A program made the position numbers and the translations under genes. A stretch of 64,000 nucleotides of DNA from Mytilus edulis (taxonomy: Eukaryota), in NCBI RefSeq assembly GCF_963676685.1, contig NC_092354.1:26908001-26972000 (forward strand). Reading direction: 5' to 3'. This document shows positions 50,941-64,000 of the stretch, piece by piece; position 1 is the first letter of the stretch; the number at the start of each line of letters is the position of its first letter. The notes under the pieces are model-generated. The model had not been told where the DNA came from. It ran no database searches and saw only the letters and a list, made by a program, of their open reading frames with translations.

Positions 50941-51075
50941 TTAGCTGTATTTAATGCAATTGCTCTAGGCCAAACTAAGGAGTTGCTTGAAATGGTTTCT
51001 CAAGAAAGAGTAATTAGCTTCTTAAGTAGACAATGTCAATTTAATCATCAGTAAAAACAAAACCAACAGAAAAGA

Positions 51076-51502
51076 TTGATTGATTGATTGTTGGTTGCTT
51101 AACGTCCAGTGGCAAATATTTCATGCATATTCAGGACGAGAACAAGTTCACAATAAATACAATAGGTAGGTTGATACAATAGAGGCCATCTGGGATAATG
51201 GTCGGGGAAATTTGGACTGCCACTGGAAAATGAGGGTATATTGGATAGGGACAGAAATTTTGCCTTGCAACAGGCCACCTACGGACCCCTCAAAGAGTTG
51301 TTGCAAGGGTTCTTAACGTGCAAAGAGCGTGGCACTCTCTTTACACGAGGCATCGGATTTAACGTCCCCTTCTGACGGACGTGACTGCGAACTTGATACA
51401 TCCCGCACAGCCAAACGGACGCCCCACTTCAGCAAGCGTTTTACTGCCGGTCGGGAGAAGACCAAGTGACCATATTTCTATACCCCAGTCACCCTTGGGG
51501 TT
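51076..51502 (-). mobile_element. Full-length SINE copy with 13-bp TSD
   Basis: CCAACAGAAAAGA at 51063-51075 and 51503-51515. Confidence 0.9.
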
Positions 51503-52800
51503 CCAACAGAAAAGAACAAAAATACAAGATTAAAAAAAAATTGAAACTAACTATTAAGATATGTGTTGGTTTTGTTGTGTGTTTTTTTTTCTCCTTCCGT
51601 TTGTTTGGATTTATATTTATATATATATATAGATGCGCGGTTAATACATTCTAAATGTAGATTTTGAAAAAAAAATTCAATTTAATCAAAAATATAATAA
51701 CTAAAACAGACGTGACGCGACTCTACTACATCATAGTGCTTTAAATCCTGTACCTACAATACTATAATCAAACACATCTGGCCGTAGGTTAGCTCACCTG
51801 TCCGAGGCATGAGAATGTGCAATCATTTTGATTTTTTTCTTCCAATTTAATGTGACACATTCAGAAACCTATGCTTAGTCATATATTTAATAAATCCTAA
51901 CTTATTCAAGTGTCATTATTAAAATATGGGATGACGTATCATATTTGATTTACAGTTTTATGCAATACATTCATAATGGTAAATAATATCCCTACTGATT
52001 TGTGTCCACGCTTTCTTTACCATGTAAAAGTTTTAATTCTGTTTTCGATAAACTTGTGTACCCTATAATTTACATTAGCATGTATTAGGCAAAATGTATT
52101 TTGTAGAAAATTCAGGCAGTTGCAACTTGAAAACTAAAGGTAATGATTTTTATTCTGAAAAGAGAAAAAAGGTAATGGAAGCATGGGACCTATTGAGAGA
52201 AAAAAACTGCTGATGACAAGAATTGAAAAATTCAACTTTACAATGTTATAACTACAGAAAAACATCAGAGGCATACAATTACCTTTTGTCTAGAAAAAAG
52301 CTTTGTTTAAAAATGTTAATTATTTAATCATGTCTTAGAATAGTTAATCAATAAGTGGACACCAATCATTCTACATCACATCAATGGACCAATCCTGATG
52401 AATCGATAAATAGAAAGGACAGAGATGTGTTGTCTTGCATTTAGGTTGTGAACAGTTTTTTCAATAGGGTTGCGATTTAGTATTTAAGGGTATGAGCACA
52501 GATGGACGAAATTACAACAAAGAATGAACGGTAAAATATTTTCACTTCATATTTTTTCAAGTGGTAATCATCATAACTGTTACTGCAGTTTATGGATGTA
52601 TTTCAGATATCAATACTTTCACAGATTCTTCATTGGATAATACCTCTGTGCACCTCATGTTTAGTTCTCTTTGGCAAAAATTTATAATTTGAGCTTTTGC
52701 CATTACTTAAGTGTCCATTGTCATCCGAACATAGTAAACATATTCAAAGATCTTTTCTGAAGCTAAAGGACCAATTTCAACCAGTCTTGATCGATCCTTA

Positions 52801-53081
52801 GGCAGCAACCATTTGATGTTTGAGGGGGGGGGGGGGGGTGTCTATGGTTTTTTTTGGAAAAAAAAGTTTGTTTCCAGGTTTTGGTGAAAAAAATAATTTG
52901 TTTTGGACCCTGAGAAAAAAAATTTGTTTGTTTCACCCTCAGCTGCCACTATTTGTAATGCTAAAATTGAAAGAAAAAAATTGTTTTCGGTTTGTCGCTA
53001 AAAAAATAGATTGTTCTTTTGTTTGCACATAAAAAAAAAACCATAGCCCCCAAACCCCCCGAAAATCAAATGGTTGCTGCC
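52801..53081. mobile_element. PIF/Harbinger-like MITE, 281 bp
   Basis: TIRs GGCAGCAACCATTTGAT / ATCAAATGGTTGCTGCC, with TTA on both flanks. Confidence 0.8.
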
Positions 53082-53987
53082 TTATGCATAGAATAAATTA
53101 TATGTTTTTTTCTAATTCGTTTTCTTCAATTATTTTTTTCGTCTTTTTCGGCAGCAACAGCAAAATATCCAATGCACAAACAAAAAATATAAAAATCAAT
53201 AGATTGGCGGTGAAAAAAATTGTAAACGCAAATCCTCAAAAAAATTTGAAGCCTGGCAAAAATGGAGATTACCAAACTGCAGTTGAGAATAAAATCTATG
53301 GCGATCAAGCAGAGAGCGAAGAACATAAGAAAGTTGCAGATCTACAAACGAATAATCTCTCCCTTATTATTTTGTGTGGTGTACAGAAGAGGCAAATAAC
53401 TCATCATTGATACCAGGACAAAATCCAAAAAAGTTTAAAAGGGCCAAATAAAGTACGAAGTAAAAGAGCATTGAGGACCAAAATTGCTAAAAAGATCAAA
53501 TATTGTGGCCATTGAGAATTTCTCCACAGTTTGGTGTGTATGTGCTTAAACAGTGGGTATTCGCGAAATCAACCAGTAATTATGAATTCCTTCCAAAAGT
53601 ACAGGCTTAACCTATAAAAGGTGTGACACCATCGAAAATATCATGTGGGCCTAATAAACTAGAGGACACTAAATCCAGTTGAAAATAAGACTTCATTTAC
53701 ATTAGGTAAATTAAGAATGTATATTTAAAATGAAACAAAAGACATTGGTCAGACTTTTAAACAAGAACAGATACCTGATAACGATGTTAACGACAATGTA
53801 GACTTGCATACATTCTGATAAAGAAAGACTTACATCAAGATTCACAAATATGACGATTGTTCGGAAAACTACGCATCTTGGAAGACACATTTAAATGTGA
53901 AGTAAATGAAATTAGTGCAACCGCCGATAACAATTCAAACACCAAAGGAAACATCAGTCACGAAGATTGTGTAAAAGTCATCTTGAA

Positions 53988-54375
53988 TTATAATCCTGGT
54001 ACCTTTGGTAACTATTTACACCACTGGGTCGATGCCACTGCTGGTGGACGTTTCGTCCCCGAGGGTATCACCAGCCCAGTCAACACTTCGGTGTTGACAT
54101 GAATATCAATAATGTTGTCATTTTTTTTTTTTTTTAAATTTCCTGTTTACAAAACTTTGATTTTTTGAAAAACTAAGGATTTTCTTATCCAAGGCATAGA
54201 TTACCTTAGCCGCATTTGGCACAACTTTTTGGAAATTTGGATCCTCAATGCTCTTCAACTTTTTACTTGTTTGGCTTGATAATTTTGATATGAGCGTCAC
54301 TGATGAGTCTTATGTAGACGAAACGCGCGTCTGGCGTACTAAATTATAATGCTGGTACCTTTGATAACTATTTAC
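53988..54375 (+). mobile_element. Retrozyme, slightly more than one unit
   Basis: Reverse complement of the 34237 repeat; terminal redundancy tataat.ctggtacctttg.taactatttac at both ends. Confidence 0.88.
54294..54337 (+). ncRNA. Type I hammerhead ribozyme, predicted cleavage after GUC at 54331
   Basis: Stem I GCGTCA/TGGCGT, CTGATGA 54300-54306, stem II GTCT-tatgt-AGAC, GAAA 54320-54323, minimal self-complementary stem III ACGCGCGT. Confidence 0.88.
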
Positions 54376-56040
54376 TTGCATATGGATATTACAATGACAT
54401 TTACCAAACCCTATATTATCGTATTTGCCCCATCAAAGAACACTTCAGGCATGAAGCTGGTATATTTTGAGAGGATAACAATGTATAGAAAAATGGTTTT
54501 CTATTGTGAATTTGGTTTCCAACACGTTATTGCACTTTTTACAACCATACTGTTAGTGTAATTAATCAAAATAGTTGGTAACAGCATAGACATAAAAAAA
54601 AAATACGCTCTATTTTTTTCACTAAATGTCTTGAAATTTCTTTTCTCTACACTGTCGTTCAAGAAACGATGCGTTTTAAATGTGAAGATTACTATGCATT
54701 TTTGAAATCAACACTGACTGATTTAATATGAATAGGGAGAATAATTTAACGACTGATTTAAGTAGCGGTAACAGGATAGACATGAACCTCCTGTACGCTG
54801 ATTGAATTTAGTTTGTAGATAATCTGTTACATACAATGATAAAGAAGCTACGATTTTTCGTTAGAATTATAATTAACGTACTTAAAAAAGTCCCTTTTGC
54901 AGTTACCAAGGCGATCCAGAAAATAGGAAAAAAATCATTTGAAATGTGTTTTTCTGACAATGTACCCACACAAATACCCCCAAAATCGGACTTATGTGCA
55001 GTTTAATCTTATCAAAATAGATGTAAGGTGTGTTTATTATTGATGTTCTGAATTACAAATCCGACAAGCTTTCATTTAAACCATTACAACTGAAATTTCC
55101 ATTAGAAATAATAATTTTAGCATGGGTGTACTGAAAATTCTACATTTTTTGAAAATGACCCATATGATTTAGAATCAAATTCGGTAACTTTTCGATCGGC
55201 ACATGCCATACACGATTTTTAACTCGTTGGTAACACGCGGAGGTGACACTCCTTTATGTATTTGCGATAATCGTGTGAATAAACCTGGCATGACAATTAC
55301 ATTTTGTACGTCACACAGGTAAAATAATAAACTTGTCGTTCATGGTATGGAGAGGTGCATTAACACTGTTTTAATGTAAAACGAGACGCTCTGTGTCGCT
55401 CAGCTGACTCTACTTAGGTTTTTGAAATCTTAAAAAAAAAAATATGAATCATATCAGATACTTGAATAATGATTAAGGTCAAATTTGGATATTGCATTGC
55501 ATTGCATTGCATTCTGTGGTTCTCTAAAAGAAGATATTTGTATGAATTTCTCATAAGGTCCTATTTTAAACCAAGTGCAATTCTGGCTGCCAGCTTGGAT
55601 GGTGGATCTGAAACTAAGTAACAACACTTGGTCAGCACCTCATAAGGAACATTCATTCCATGTTCGGTTTCATTCCATTCTCTGATTCTCTAATAGAAAA
55701 CATTTGTCAGTCATTCCCAAATAATCGGTACAATTCGAATGTAGACACTATTAAAAAATAAATTTCAACTGAGCAGAGATAGAGTACGTGCTGTTTTCTT
55801 CTGTGTCTATATCTAGTCTGTCACTTTTTTATTTTTTACTTACACCATTTTAGTTGTTTTTCAAGTTTGAGCATTTTTTGTAAGACGGTTTAAAGTATGA
55901 ACGTATCGGAGGTTAGTGTTGTATAAAGTCACCTTAAAAATTACATTAGAGAGAAACACAAGATGTAAATCAAGACTCGTGTGAAATGGGTTACATTTAC
56001 CACCATAACAAAATGATTTATACGTTTTATTTTGTATTTA

Positions 56041-56156
56041 TTGATTGATTGATTGTTGGTTGCTTGACGTCCAGTGGCAAATATTTCATGCATATTCAGG
56101 ACGAGAACAAGTTAACGATAAATACAATAGGTAGGTTGTTGTAATAGAGGCCATCT
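56041..56156 (-). mobile_element. 5'-truncated SINE (tail only)
   Basis: Matches the 3' end of the 33009 family. Confidence 0.8.
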
Positions 56157-57199
56157 CCTTCAGAAATCCTACAGAAGCAAGATTAGATCAGACTTGAAAC
56201 TTTCGGAAAATGTACCAATCACATTTTTGCAGTCAAAGAATTTAAATACCACAATCAAATGAACTACACTCAAATTTTAGAATTATCTCAAATTCAGCAA
56301 AAGGTTACCAATCTTAGAAGACATAACGATAAATATGTCATCGGAAATTCCAACTGCACATTCCTCTTTAAAAAAAAATTGAAACATCACTCAGTATGTA
56401 TCTCTCTAAGGGTTAAGGAACAATATCGTGCAAACTATAATGAAACGAATATTAGTCACCAGTAAGTCAGTTGTCAGTTGTCAGTTGTGTCTATATCATT
56501 GCATATGACATCATGGAGAAATAAAATATGATTAATTTCTGTTATTTGTACTACCTTCTTTTCTGTTTGGTAATACTCACTAATTTACTGATTTATTTAT
56601 TATTGTTTGGATTTCATTCCTATTGTCATTATTCTGGTCAGTACCAATGATACTCTCTCCTTTCTCTATTTTATGATCAACATTATCAACTTAATTGCAC
56701 ATTCCTCTTTTAAAAAAAAATCACTCGGTATGTATCTCCAAGGGTTGAGAATCGATATCGTGCAAGCTGTATAGAAACAAATATTAGTCACCAGTTATGA
56801 GAGGTAACGGATTGAACTTCTTATTTGTCACTATTCTAACACATCTTCAGCAGCCTGAGATTATTAGTTGTTAATTCCAAAACTAGTATGTAAAATTAAA
56901 GTTTGGCATTATGTTATTAGTGACATGAATGAGGTGCAATCTTCAATAGTAGAAGTAGCCTGTTTTTCACCATTCCTTTTCACCAGGCCATTTCAAAAAG
57001 GTCATGTTTTGAAATAAAATCCATTGTTGGTTGTTTTTTTCTGTATATAAATCGTAGTCGGTGTGATGAAAATTTCAAAGATGGCGCGCAGAAATAAAAA
57101 CAAGAACTTTCGTTACCGCTAGTCGAGATATTTTTCATCATTGAAGCGCGTTATCTTAGAAATTAAAACAAGAACTGCCACAACATACTGCACGTGTAA

Positions 57200-57799
57200 A
57201 TCAAGACAGGATGAGAACAAGTTTACAAGAAATATAATAGGTAGGTCTTGTCACAATAGAGGCCATCTGGGATGATGGTCGGGGAAGTTTGGAATGCCAC
57301 TGGAAAATAATGGAATATTGGATAGGGACAGAAATTTTGCCTTGCAACAGATCATCTACGGATCCCTCAAAGAGTTGTTGCAAGGGTTCTTAACGTGCAA
57401 AGATTGATTGATTGATTGTTGGTTGTTTAACGTCCAGTGGCAAATATTTCATGCATATTCAGGACGAGAACAAGTTCACAATAAATACAATAGGTAGGTT
57501 GTTGTAATAGAGGCCATCTAGGATGATGGTCGGGGAAATTTGGACTGCCACTGGAAAATGAGGGTATATTGGATAGGGACAGAAATTTTGCCTTGCAACA
57601 GGCCACCTACGGACCCCTCAAAGAGTTGTTGCAAGGGTTCTTAACGTGCAAAGAGCGTGGCACTCTCTTTACACGGACGTGACTGCGAACTTGATACATC
57701 CCGCACAGCTAAACGGACGCCCCACTTCGGCAAGCGTTTTACTGCCGGTCGGGAGAAGACCAAGTGACCACATTTCTATTCCCCAGTCACCCTTGGGGG
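57200..57799 (-). mobile_element. Two adjacent SINE copies (older fragment 57200-57401; younger copy 57402-57799 with an internal deletion)
   Basis: Both match the 33009 family. Confidence 0.85.
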
Positions 57800-58871
57800 T
57801 CGGAGGACAAATAAGAAAATATACAGCTAGAAATCGCTTAAGTTAACAAAAATTTAAGTGAAAGTGAAACCAATTTTAATACAGAAATAACAGATTTGTT
57901 GAGTGGGTTTGAACACAGACAGGAAAAATTGAAATTACCATAATGTTATCATAGCATATAAATTAGATTAAATATATTACATTCGAGTAATTTTCAACTA
58001 TAATCCTTTTCGAACGTCATTTATTTTTGAAAAACACCATAACGAAATTTCTAAATTTTTCTAAAATGAACCGTTTAACTTGTATATTTTGTTCACACAC
58101 TTCCCCATTTCATTTGTTTATGAACTAATGTTAATTGTTTTTACAGCAATTAAAGATTCTCAAAAGCGTGAGCAGGTACTATATCTTTACCTATTCAATG
58201 GTTACCTAACTGTAATTGTAAGTGGAATGGCGGAAAGCATAGATTTCAAATTACCTTTTTATGCAGCTCCATTTGTTTAACCACTGTTCGTCTGGGTCTA
58301 AATGTTTTTATTAATATGTTTGAAATTACTTATTATACCCAATACCCCAAAATTGAGGGGGGGTACTGTTTTCCCTCTGTCCGTCCCATGAACATTTTTA
58401 GTTATATTAAACTAATCATAAGTGTATGTTAACTTCGCTCAAAATATCCTGTTGGAAGGAGCTAAATAAAGTTAAAAGTTTTGTTCATTTTGCTCACTAA
58501 TACACTCTACTCGATTTCAGGATTAATTTGGTCGCACACTTAATCAATGGATACTCTTTCACTAAAACGAGAACCTAGCTTTGGCTGTTTACATAATGAA
58601 CATGAGCAATCCTAATTTACATAGACATACTAGAAGAAAAAGAAGAAAAAAATCAACATGTAAATTTTGTACTCAGCATGGTGAAAAAGACTATTTCTGG
58701 TTGTAATAAATGTGACAAACATATATGTAGTTTTGAATGTCATAGAAGAATCCATGCTGTCATTGATGTTGTTGTTATGGAGGAGTTAAGCTGTAACATG
58801 ATTAACTCTTTCTTATTATTTAATTACTAAATCTGATCTTAATAATCCTAAACCGAAATAAAGAATAAATG

Positions 58872-59540
58872 TGAAACTACTGGGCTAAATTATTCCAAAC
58901 TTGCCCACAATCATCTTTGTGGTATCTTGTTAAAAAATGTGTCCGGTGTCCCGGCCAACCAACCAAGATGGCCGCCATGGCTCAAAATAGAACATAGGTA
59001 AAAATGCAGTTTTTGGCTTAGACCTAAAAAACCAAAGCATTTAGTGCAAATCTGACATGGGGTGAAATTGTTTATTAGGTGAAGATCCATCAGCCCTGAA
59101 ATTTTCAGATGAATCCGACAATCCGTTAGTATACCTGAATTGGTAATTTTAGGGAAATTTTGCTGTTTTTGTTATTATCTTGGTTACTTTTATAGATAGA
59201 GATAAACTGTAAACAGCAATAATGTACAGCAAAGTTAGACCTAAAATTAAGTCAACATGAACAAAATGGCCAATTGAACCCACAAGGACAAATGAAGGAG
59301 TCATTGTCCTTTATAGTCAATTTTTAACAATTTTCATAAAATTTGTAAATTTTTACTAAGTTTTTAACTGAAACTACTGTGCCAAGTTAATTACATTATA
59401 AATAAAGATAACTGTAAGCAGCAAGAATGTTCATTAAAGTAAGCTGTACAAACACATCACCATTACCAAAACACAATTATGTCATGAATCCATCTGCTTC
59501 CTTTGTTTAATATTCACATAGACCAAGGAGAGCGACACAT
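58872..59540 (+). mobile_element. 5'-truncated HINE of the 13256 family (one unit plus 3' end)
   Basis: Matches the ~502-bp unit and ends gctctttagagcctctagtt. Confidence 0.8.
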
Positions 59541-60719
59541 GCTCTTTAGAGCCTCTAGTTTAGTGTGTGGAAAGGGAGGTGTGGGTACAATGTAGTTTTT
59601 TAAAACAAATTGTTGATTTCCTTTGGAAAAAAAGCTAAGACTAGGCGTTGTTTTAATTACTTTAAAGACACGTCTGAAACAAAATCTAAAAGCATCCTTA
59701 TTAATGTCTAGGATACTTTCATAGCCACGGCCCTCGGTACTATATCCTTTTTACTATCGATAGTTTATATATCAAGATGCTGCAATATATATTATTAATA
59801 CAATTTGGCTGATTTATTAAACCGCATCCGTATTTTTCTTCAAGATCATTTTAATGACCAAGTGATGAAGACGGAGATATTAAAAGAAACAAACCCAGCT
59901 AAAATTAAAAGACAAGGGAGAATAGTGAAGATAGACGGAACTGAATGGGAGCGCGTTTCCTATGATATCATGAAGAGAGTATAAAAAAGAAGATGTAATA
60001 TGATATGTATTTTGGCAAAGGTAAATAATTTCAAAAATATCTTGTTATTTCTTAAGAAATAGAAAATCAATATACAAAATAAATGGACACAATATGGTTT
60101 ATTTGAATAATTAAAGGCGGCCTAAAATTATTAACATGTTATTCTTGTTTTTAATTGTTCATATCTAAATTCGGACAATGATGACATGTATTTTATTTTA
60201 TATTTATCTTCGTATATATGTAAAAACTGAAAGTAACAACGGAAATAAATTTGTCATTAGAAATCTCAAATACGACCAAACATAAAAAAGATAACAATGT
60301 CGTCACAATTAACAAGGTTCAAGGACTTAGAAAATTAAATAAACCTAACTGTGCTGTGGTTTATGATGAACATGTGTTTTACAACTGCAATGTGTTTACA
60401 AAAGAATGTTCAAAATGTAGAAGTATTCATTATCTGGGATATGCAATTAAGGATGGGGTACAATGTTCACTGTTATGAAAGAAAGAATGGAGCCTATTGT
60501 CAACAACTGTTTTCAAGAATTTCCTCTGCCATTCTTGATTGGAATAAAGTGAATGATGCTCTACAAGTTTTAAAAAGTTTTTATAAGATTTGAAGGAGGA
60601 CGAGTTACTTTTAGAAAATGTTTTAATTTTAGCGATGACAATATAAACGCAGATGTGTTTTCTTGTCCGAAATGTAAAATCTTTACAGATATTCATACAT
60701 TAATATTTCCTTTTGTTTA

Positions 60720-61030
60720 AGGTATGGTTGTCTGTACTTTCAACTCCCCATGCCAGTATCTATTGGAATCGCATATTATTTTGAAATTTCTTGGTATATA
60801 CTCCAAAGTATAGTTCAAAGAACGTTAATTTTGTTGAACGAGGAATACTGCTTTCTCAAAAGCTGCTAATACAGGGCTATAGTTGTGAAAGTCTGTGTCA
60901 TTTTGGTCTTTTGTGGACAGTTGTCTCAATGGCAATCATACCACATCATCATTTTTTTATACTATGAATCAATCAAAGTAAGGTCATCACTCAAGAAATT
61001 TTACGGCCGCCATCATGAGCTGATTGGCCA
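60720..61030 (+). pseudogene. Relic of a reverse-transcriptase C-terminus, possibly Penelope-like
   Basis: ERGILLSQKLLIQGY...VRSSLKKFYGRHHELI, split by a short repeat fragment. Confidence 0.4.
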
Positions 61031-61121
61031 TGATGACAAAAAGAAATACCAGTACTATCAACTTCAAGGAACTCGCCTCAAAATGCCACTCCATCTTCGT
61101 CGCAGACTTACCAATTGTAAT

Positions 61122-62088
61122 ACACACCGGCAAGTAGCCAATATACATTGTACCACTATGACCACACCGGCAAGTAACCAATATACCACTATAACCACAC
61201 CGACAAGAAACCAATATACCACTATGACCACACCGGCAAGTAATCAATATACCACTATGACCACAGCGGCAAGTAACCAATATACCACTATGACCACACC
61301 GGCAAGTAACCAATATACCACTATGACCACACCGGCAAGTAAACAATAAACCACTATGACCCTCACCAGCAAGTAACCAATATGCCACTATGACCACACC
61401 GGCAAGTTACCAATATACCACTATGACCCCCACCAGTAAGTAACCAATATACCACTATGACCCCCACCAGCAAGTAACAAATATACCACTTTGACCACAC
61501 CGCAAGTAACCAATATACCACTATGACCATACCGGTAAGTAACCAATATACCACTATGACCCCCACCAGCAAGTAACAAATATACCACTATGACCCCCAC
61601 CAGCAAGTAACCAATATACCACTATGACCCCCACCAGCAAGTAACCAATATACCACTATGACCACACCGATAAGTAACCAATATACCAATATGACCACAC
61701 CGACAAGTAACCAATATACCACTATGACCCTCACCGGCAAGTAACAAATATACCACTATGACCCCCACCAGCAAGTAACAAATATACCACTATGACCCCC
61801 ACCAGCAAGTAACCAATATACCACTATGACCACACCGGCAAGTAACCAATATACCACTATGACCCTCACCGGCAAGTAACCAATATACCACTATGACCCC
61901 ACCAGCAAGTAACCAATATACCACTATGACCCCCACCAGCAAGTAACAAATATACCACTATGACCCCCACCAGCAAGTAACAAATATACCACTATGACCA
62001 CACCGTCAAGTAACCAATATACCACTATGACCATCACCGGCAAGTAACAAATATACCACTATGACCCCCACCAGCAAGTAACAAATAT
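61122..62088. repeat. 33/34-bp minisatellite, about 28 units
   Basis: accactatgaccacaccggcaagtaaccaatat and accactatgacccccaccagcaagtaaccaatat variants. Confidence 0.95.
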
Positions 62089-63474
62089 AATATAACACGT
62101 TTACCACGCCAGCCAGTACACACGTCTCTCCTGTAGACTGGATACAGCTAGATACACCAACTGGCAGCGTATCGGAAAACTTCATCCACAGGTCAATTAA
62201 TGCAGTTAGTATTATAATTAAATTCATAAAAATATGTATACCCTTTATAAAAGAGGACCGAACTGTTTTCTTTCGGCATGTCTTTCTCATGATTTTTTTT
62301 TCTTCTTTTTTTTATATAAATGTGTTGTGTTTACAGATTCATCACTCAACAACTTCCAAACACTAAATTATTTTACATATAGTTGAAAATTTCCGTTCTA
62401 TTTTCTCAAGAATTACATACAAGATCTTTCTGGAAGGTAGTATCAATGATTGAAATGTATTCTATATCATGTGAAATTTTAAGATTCATGACTCAACATG
62501 TTAAATGAACACTTGAATATTATTTAACATAATAGGTTAGTTGATTAATTTCGGTGCATTTTTTATGGAACTTAGTGACGTATCGGTGCTTTCTGAAATG
62601 TGATTTTAAGGTTAATATGATTGAGCCCTATGTTTCCAGTTTCATCACTGAATAACTTCTTGTTAGCTGTATACTTTTTAAGTCGGGTATCATTATCAAA
62701 CATAGAATAAACTGGAGGTACTGCGATTAGAGATCACAAAATCACATCCCTGCTCCTTGCAATGTTGATGTTTTGGTATTGGAAACACTATTTTATATAA
62801 CCACAATCATAGGAAATTTCTAGATATAGAACAGAAAGATGGATGCAGACGTCATAACTTGCTCAGTTATTTTATATCAGAGAAAGAAATTTCAGAACTT
62901 GTTAGGAAGGGGGACATTCATGTTGTGACCTTTGTAAAAAGGTTTACGAGTGTGGTAACTGCATTAAAATATATGCAGAATTGTATTTTGGACCCTCGGG
63001 AGCATTTGCAAGTGACTTGCAACTTTCAATTGAAAAATACTCGAACTTAGGGCAGAAAATTACGTGAAAATGTATTTATTATTTGATGTCCTAGTGTTTA
63101 GTTGTTTTTGTTTACACATTGTCACATATCAAAGGACACAATTTCATAACGATATAAACAGAGTTATACACGTGGTTAATATTGCATCTTAATTAGATAG
63201 TGTTTTCACACCTTGTAATAAACAAAGCAATAAAAGTAGGGCATATTTCACACCTAGTAATATACAAAGCCATAAATGTAGGGCACGCATTCACACATGA
63301 AAGGCTGATATACGATTCATGAAACAATCAAGTGATATCATTCGACGAAATGAAAGAAATTCTCAATCATAATACATGAGTATATAACTAAAATCTTACT
63401 CATTGTTCTCATAGAACAGACAACGTAAAACTCCACAACATCAACTATTAACTCAAATTTACGATTCTTACACG

Positions 63475-63867
63475 ATGAGAACTACTAGCCACGACAGCAC
63501 ATTAGAGATTATACGGCTGTATAAAAAGTCCTACAGCAACACACAGATTAAGGTGTCATTAGAGTCACAGGGTGTGTCCATTAGCAAACATGATGTTAGA
63601 TATTGGGTGCAGCAATTTCGAAATGGCAAGTTTGATACAAGTTTATTACAAAGTGGAAAAAAGTTCATCAAGCTGTCATGAGCAGATGTACGCCTCGTCA
63701 GCAAGACAACCAAAAAACCATGTACGTCCAGCCGACAGCTTTGCCGATTTTCGAAACAGAGAGGATCGAAGATCAGTCTTACAACAACAAAACGAGCAAT
63801 ATTTCATGCTGGCTACACCAACACAAATCCAATGTATGCTCAAATGGTTCGACATGTTAACAAAGAG
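63475..63867 (+). pseudogene. Tc1/IS630-like transposase N-terminal (HTH) relic, with a premature stop, interrupted by a SINE
   Basis: IIRLYKKSYSNTQIKVSLESQGVSISKHDVRYW, stop at 63679-63681, then in frame TSSRQL..KISLTTTKRAIFHAGY..YAQMVRHVNKE. Confidence 0.6.
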
Positions 63868-64000
63868 ATTTGATTGATTGATTGTTGGTTGCTTAACATC
63901 CAGTGGCAAATGTTTCATGCAAATTCAGGACGATAACAAGTTCACAATAAATACAATAGGTAGGTTGATATGACAGAGGCCATCTTGGATGATGGTCGAG
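63868..64000 (-). mobile_element. SINE copy running off the window
   Basis: Matches the 3' end of the 33009 family. Confidence 0.85.

Noticed and set aside
61122-62088. CRISPR-like array
   Set aside because: Units are contiguous without unique spacers, the context is eukaryotic, and no cas genes are present.
58600-63050. Cys-rich fragments (CKFC..CNKCDKHIC near 58660-58740; CSKCRSIHYLGY near 60410) suggesting piggyBac-like or KDZ transposase relics
   Set aside because: Too short and frameshifted to assign without a profile search.

Overview
AT-rich animal genomic DNA with spliceosomal GT-AG introns. The repeat families look like those of a bivalve mollusc, probably a Mytilus-type mussel (inference from repeat content). 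The window is almost entirely transposon-derived, and no conventional host housekeeping gene could be supported. The main feature is missed by the ORF track because it has no stop codon inside the window: an apparently intact, 3-exon minus-strand gene (8004 to <1, at least 1678 aa). It fuses a Sola2-type DDD transposase to a vertnin-like OTU cysteine-protease domain and a long acidic 9-aa repeat tail, and lies inside an element ending in a Sola2-like GAG terminus at 8724. Other contents: seven hammerhead-ribozyme motifs in six loci of a ~355-bp retrozyme repeat; an I/Nimb-like LINE 3' end flanked by a ~405-bp direct duplication and carrying nested insertions; about ten copies or fragments of one SINE sharing that LINE's tail; a 5-exon hAT transposase with a 531-bp internal duplication; a CACTG-ended element containing a long-TIR element; Helitron/Helentron remnants (RPA-like exons, a herpes-tegument-like protease, non-autonomous HINEs); Tc1, L1/Tx1 and second Sola2 relics; minisatellites; and two orphan signal-peptide ORFs sharing a Cys motif.
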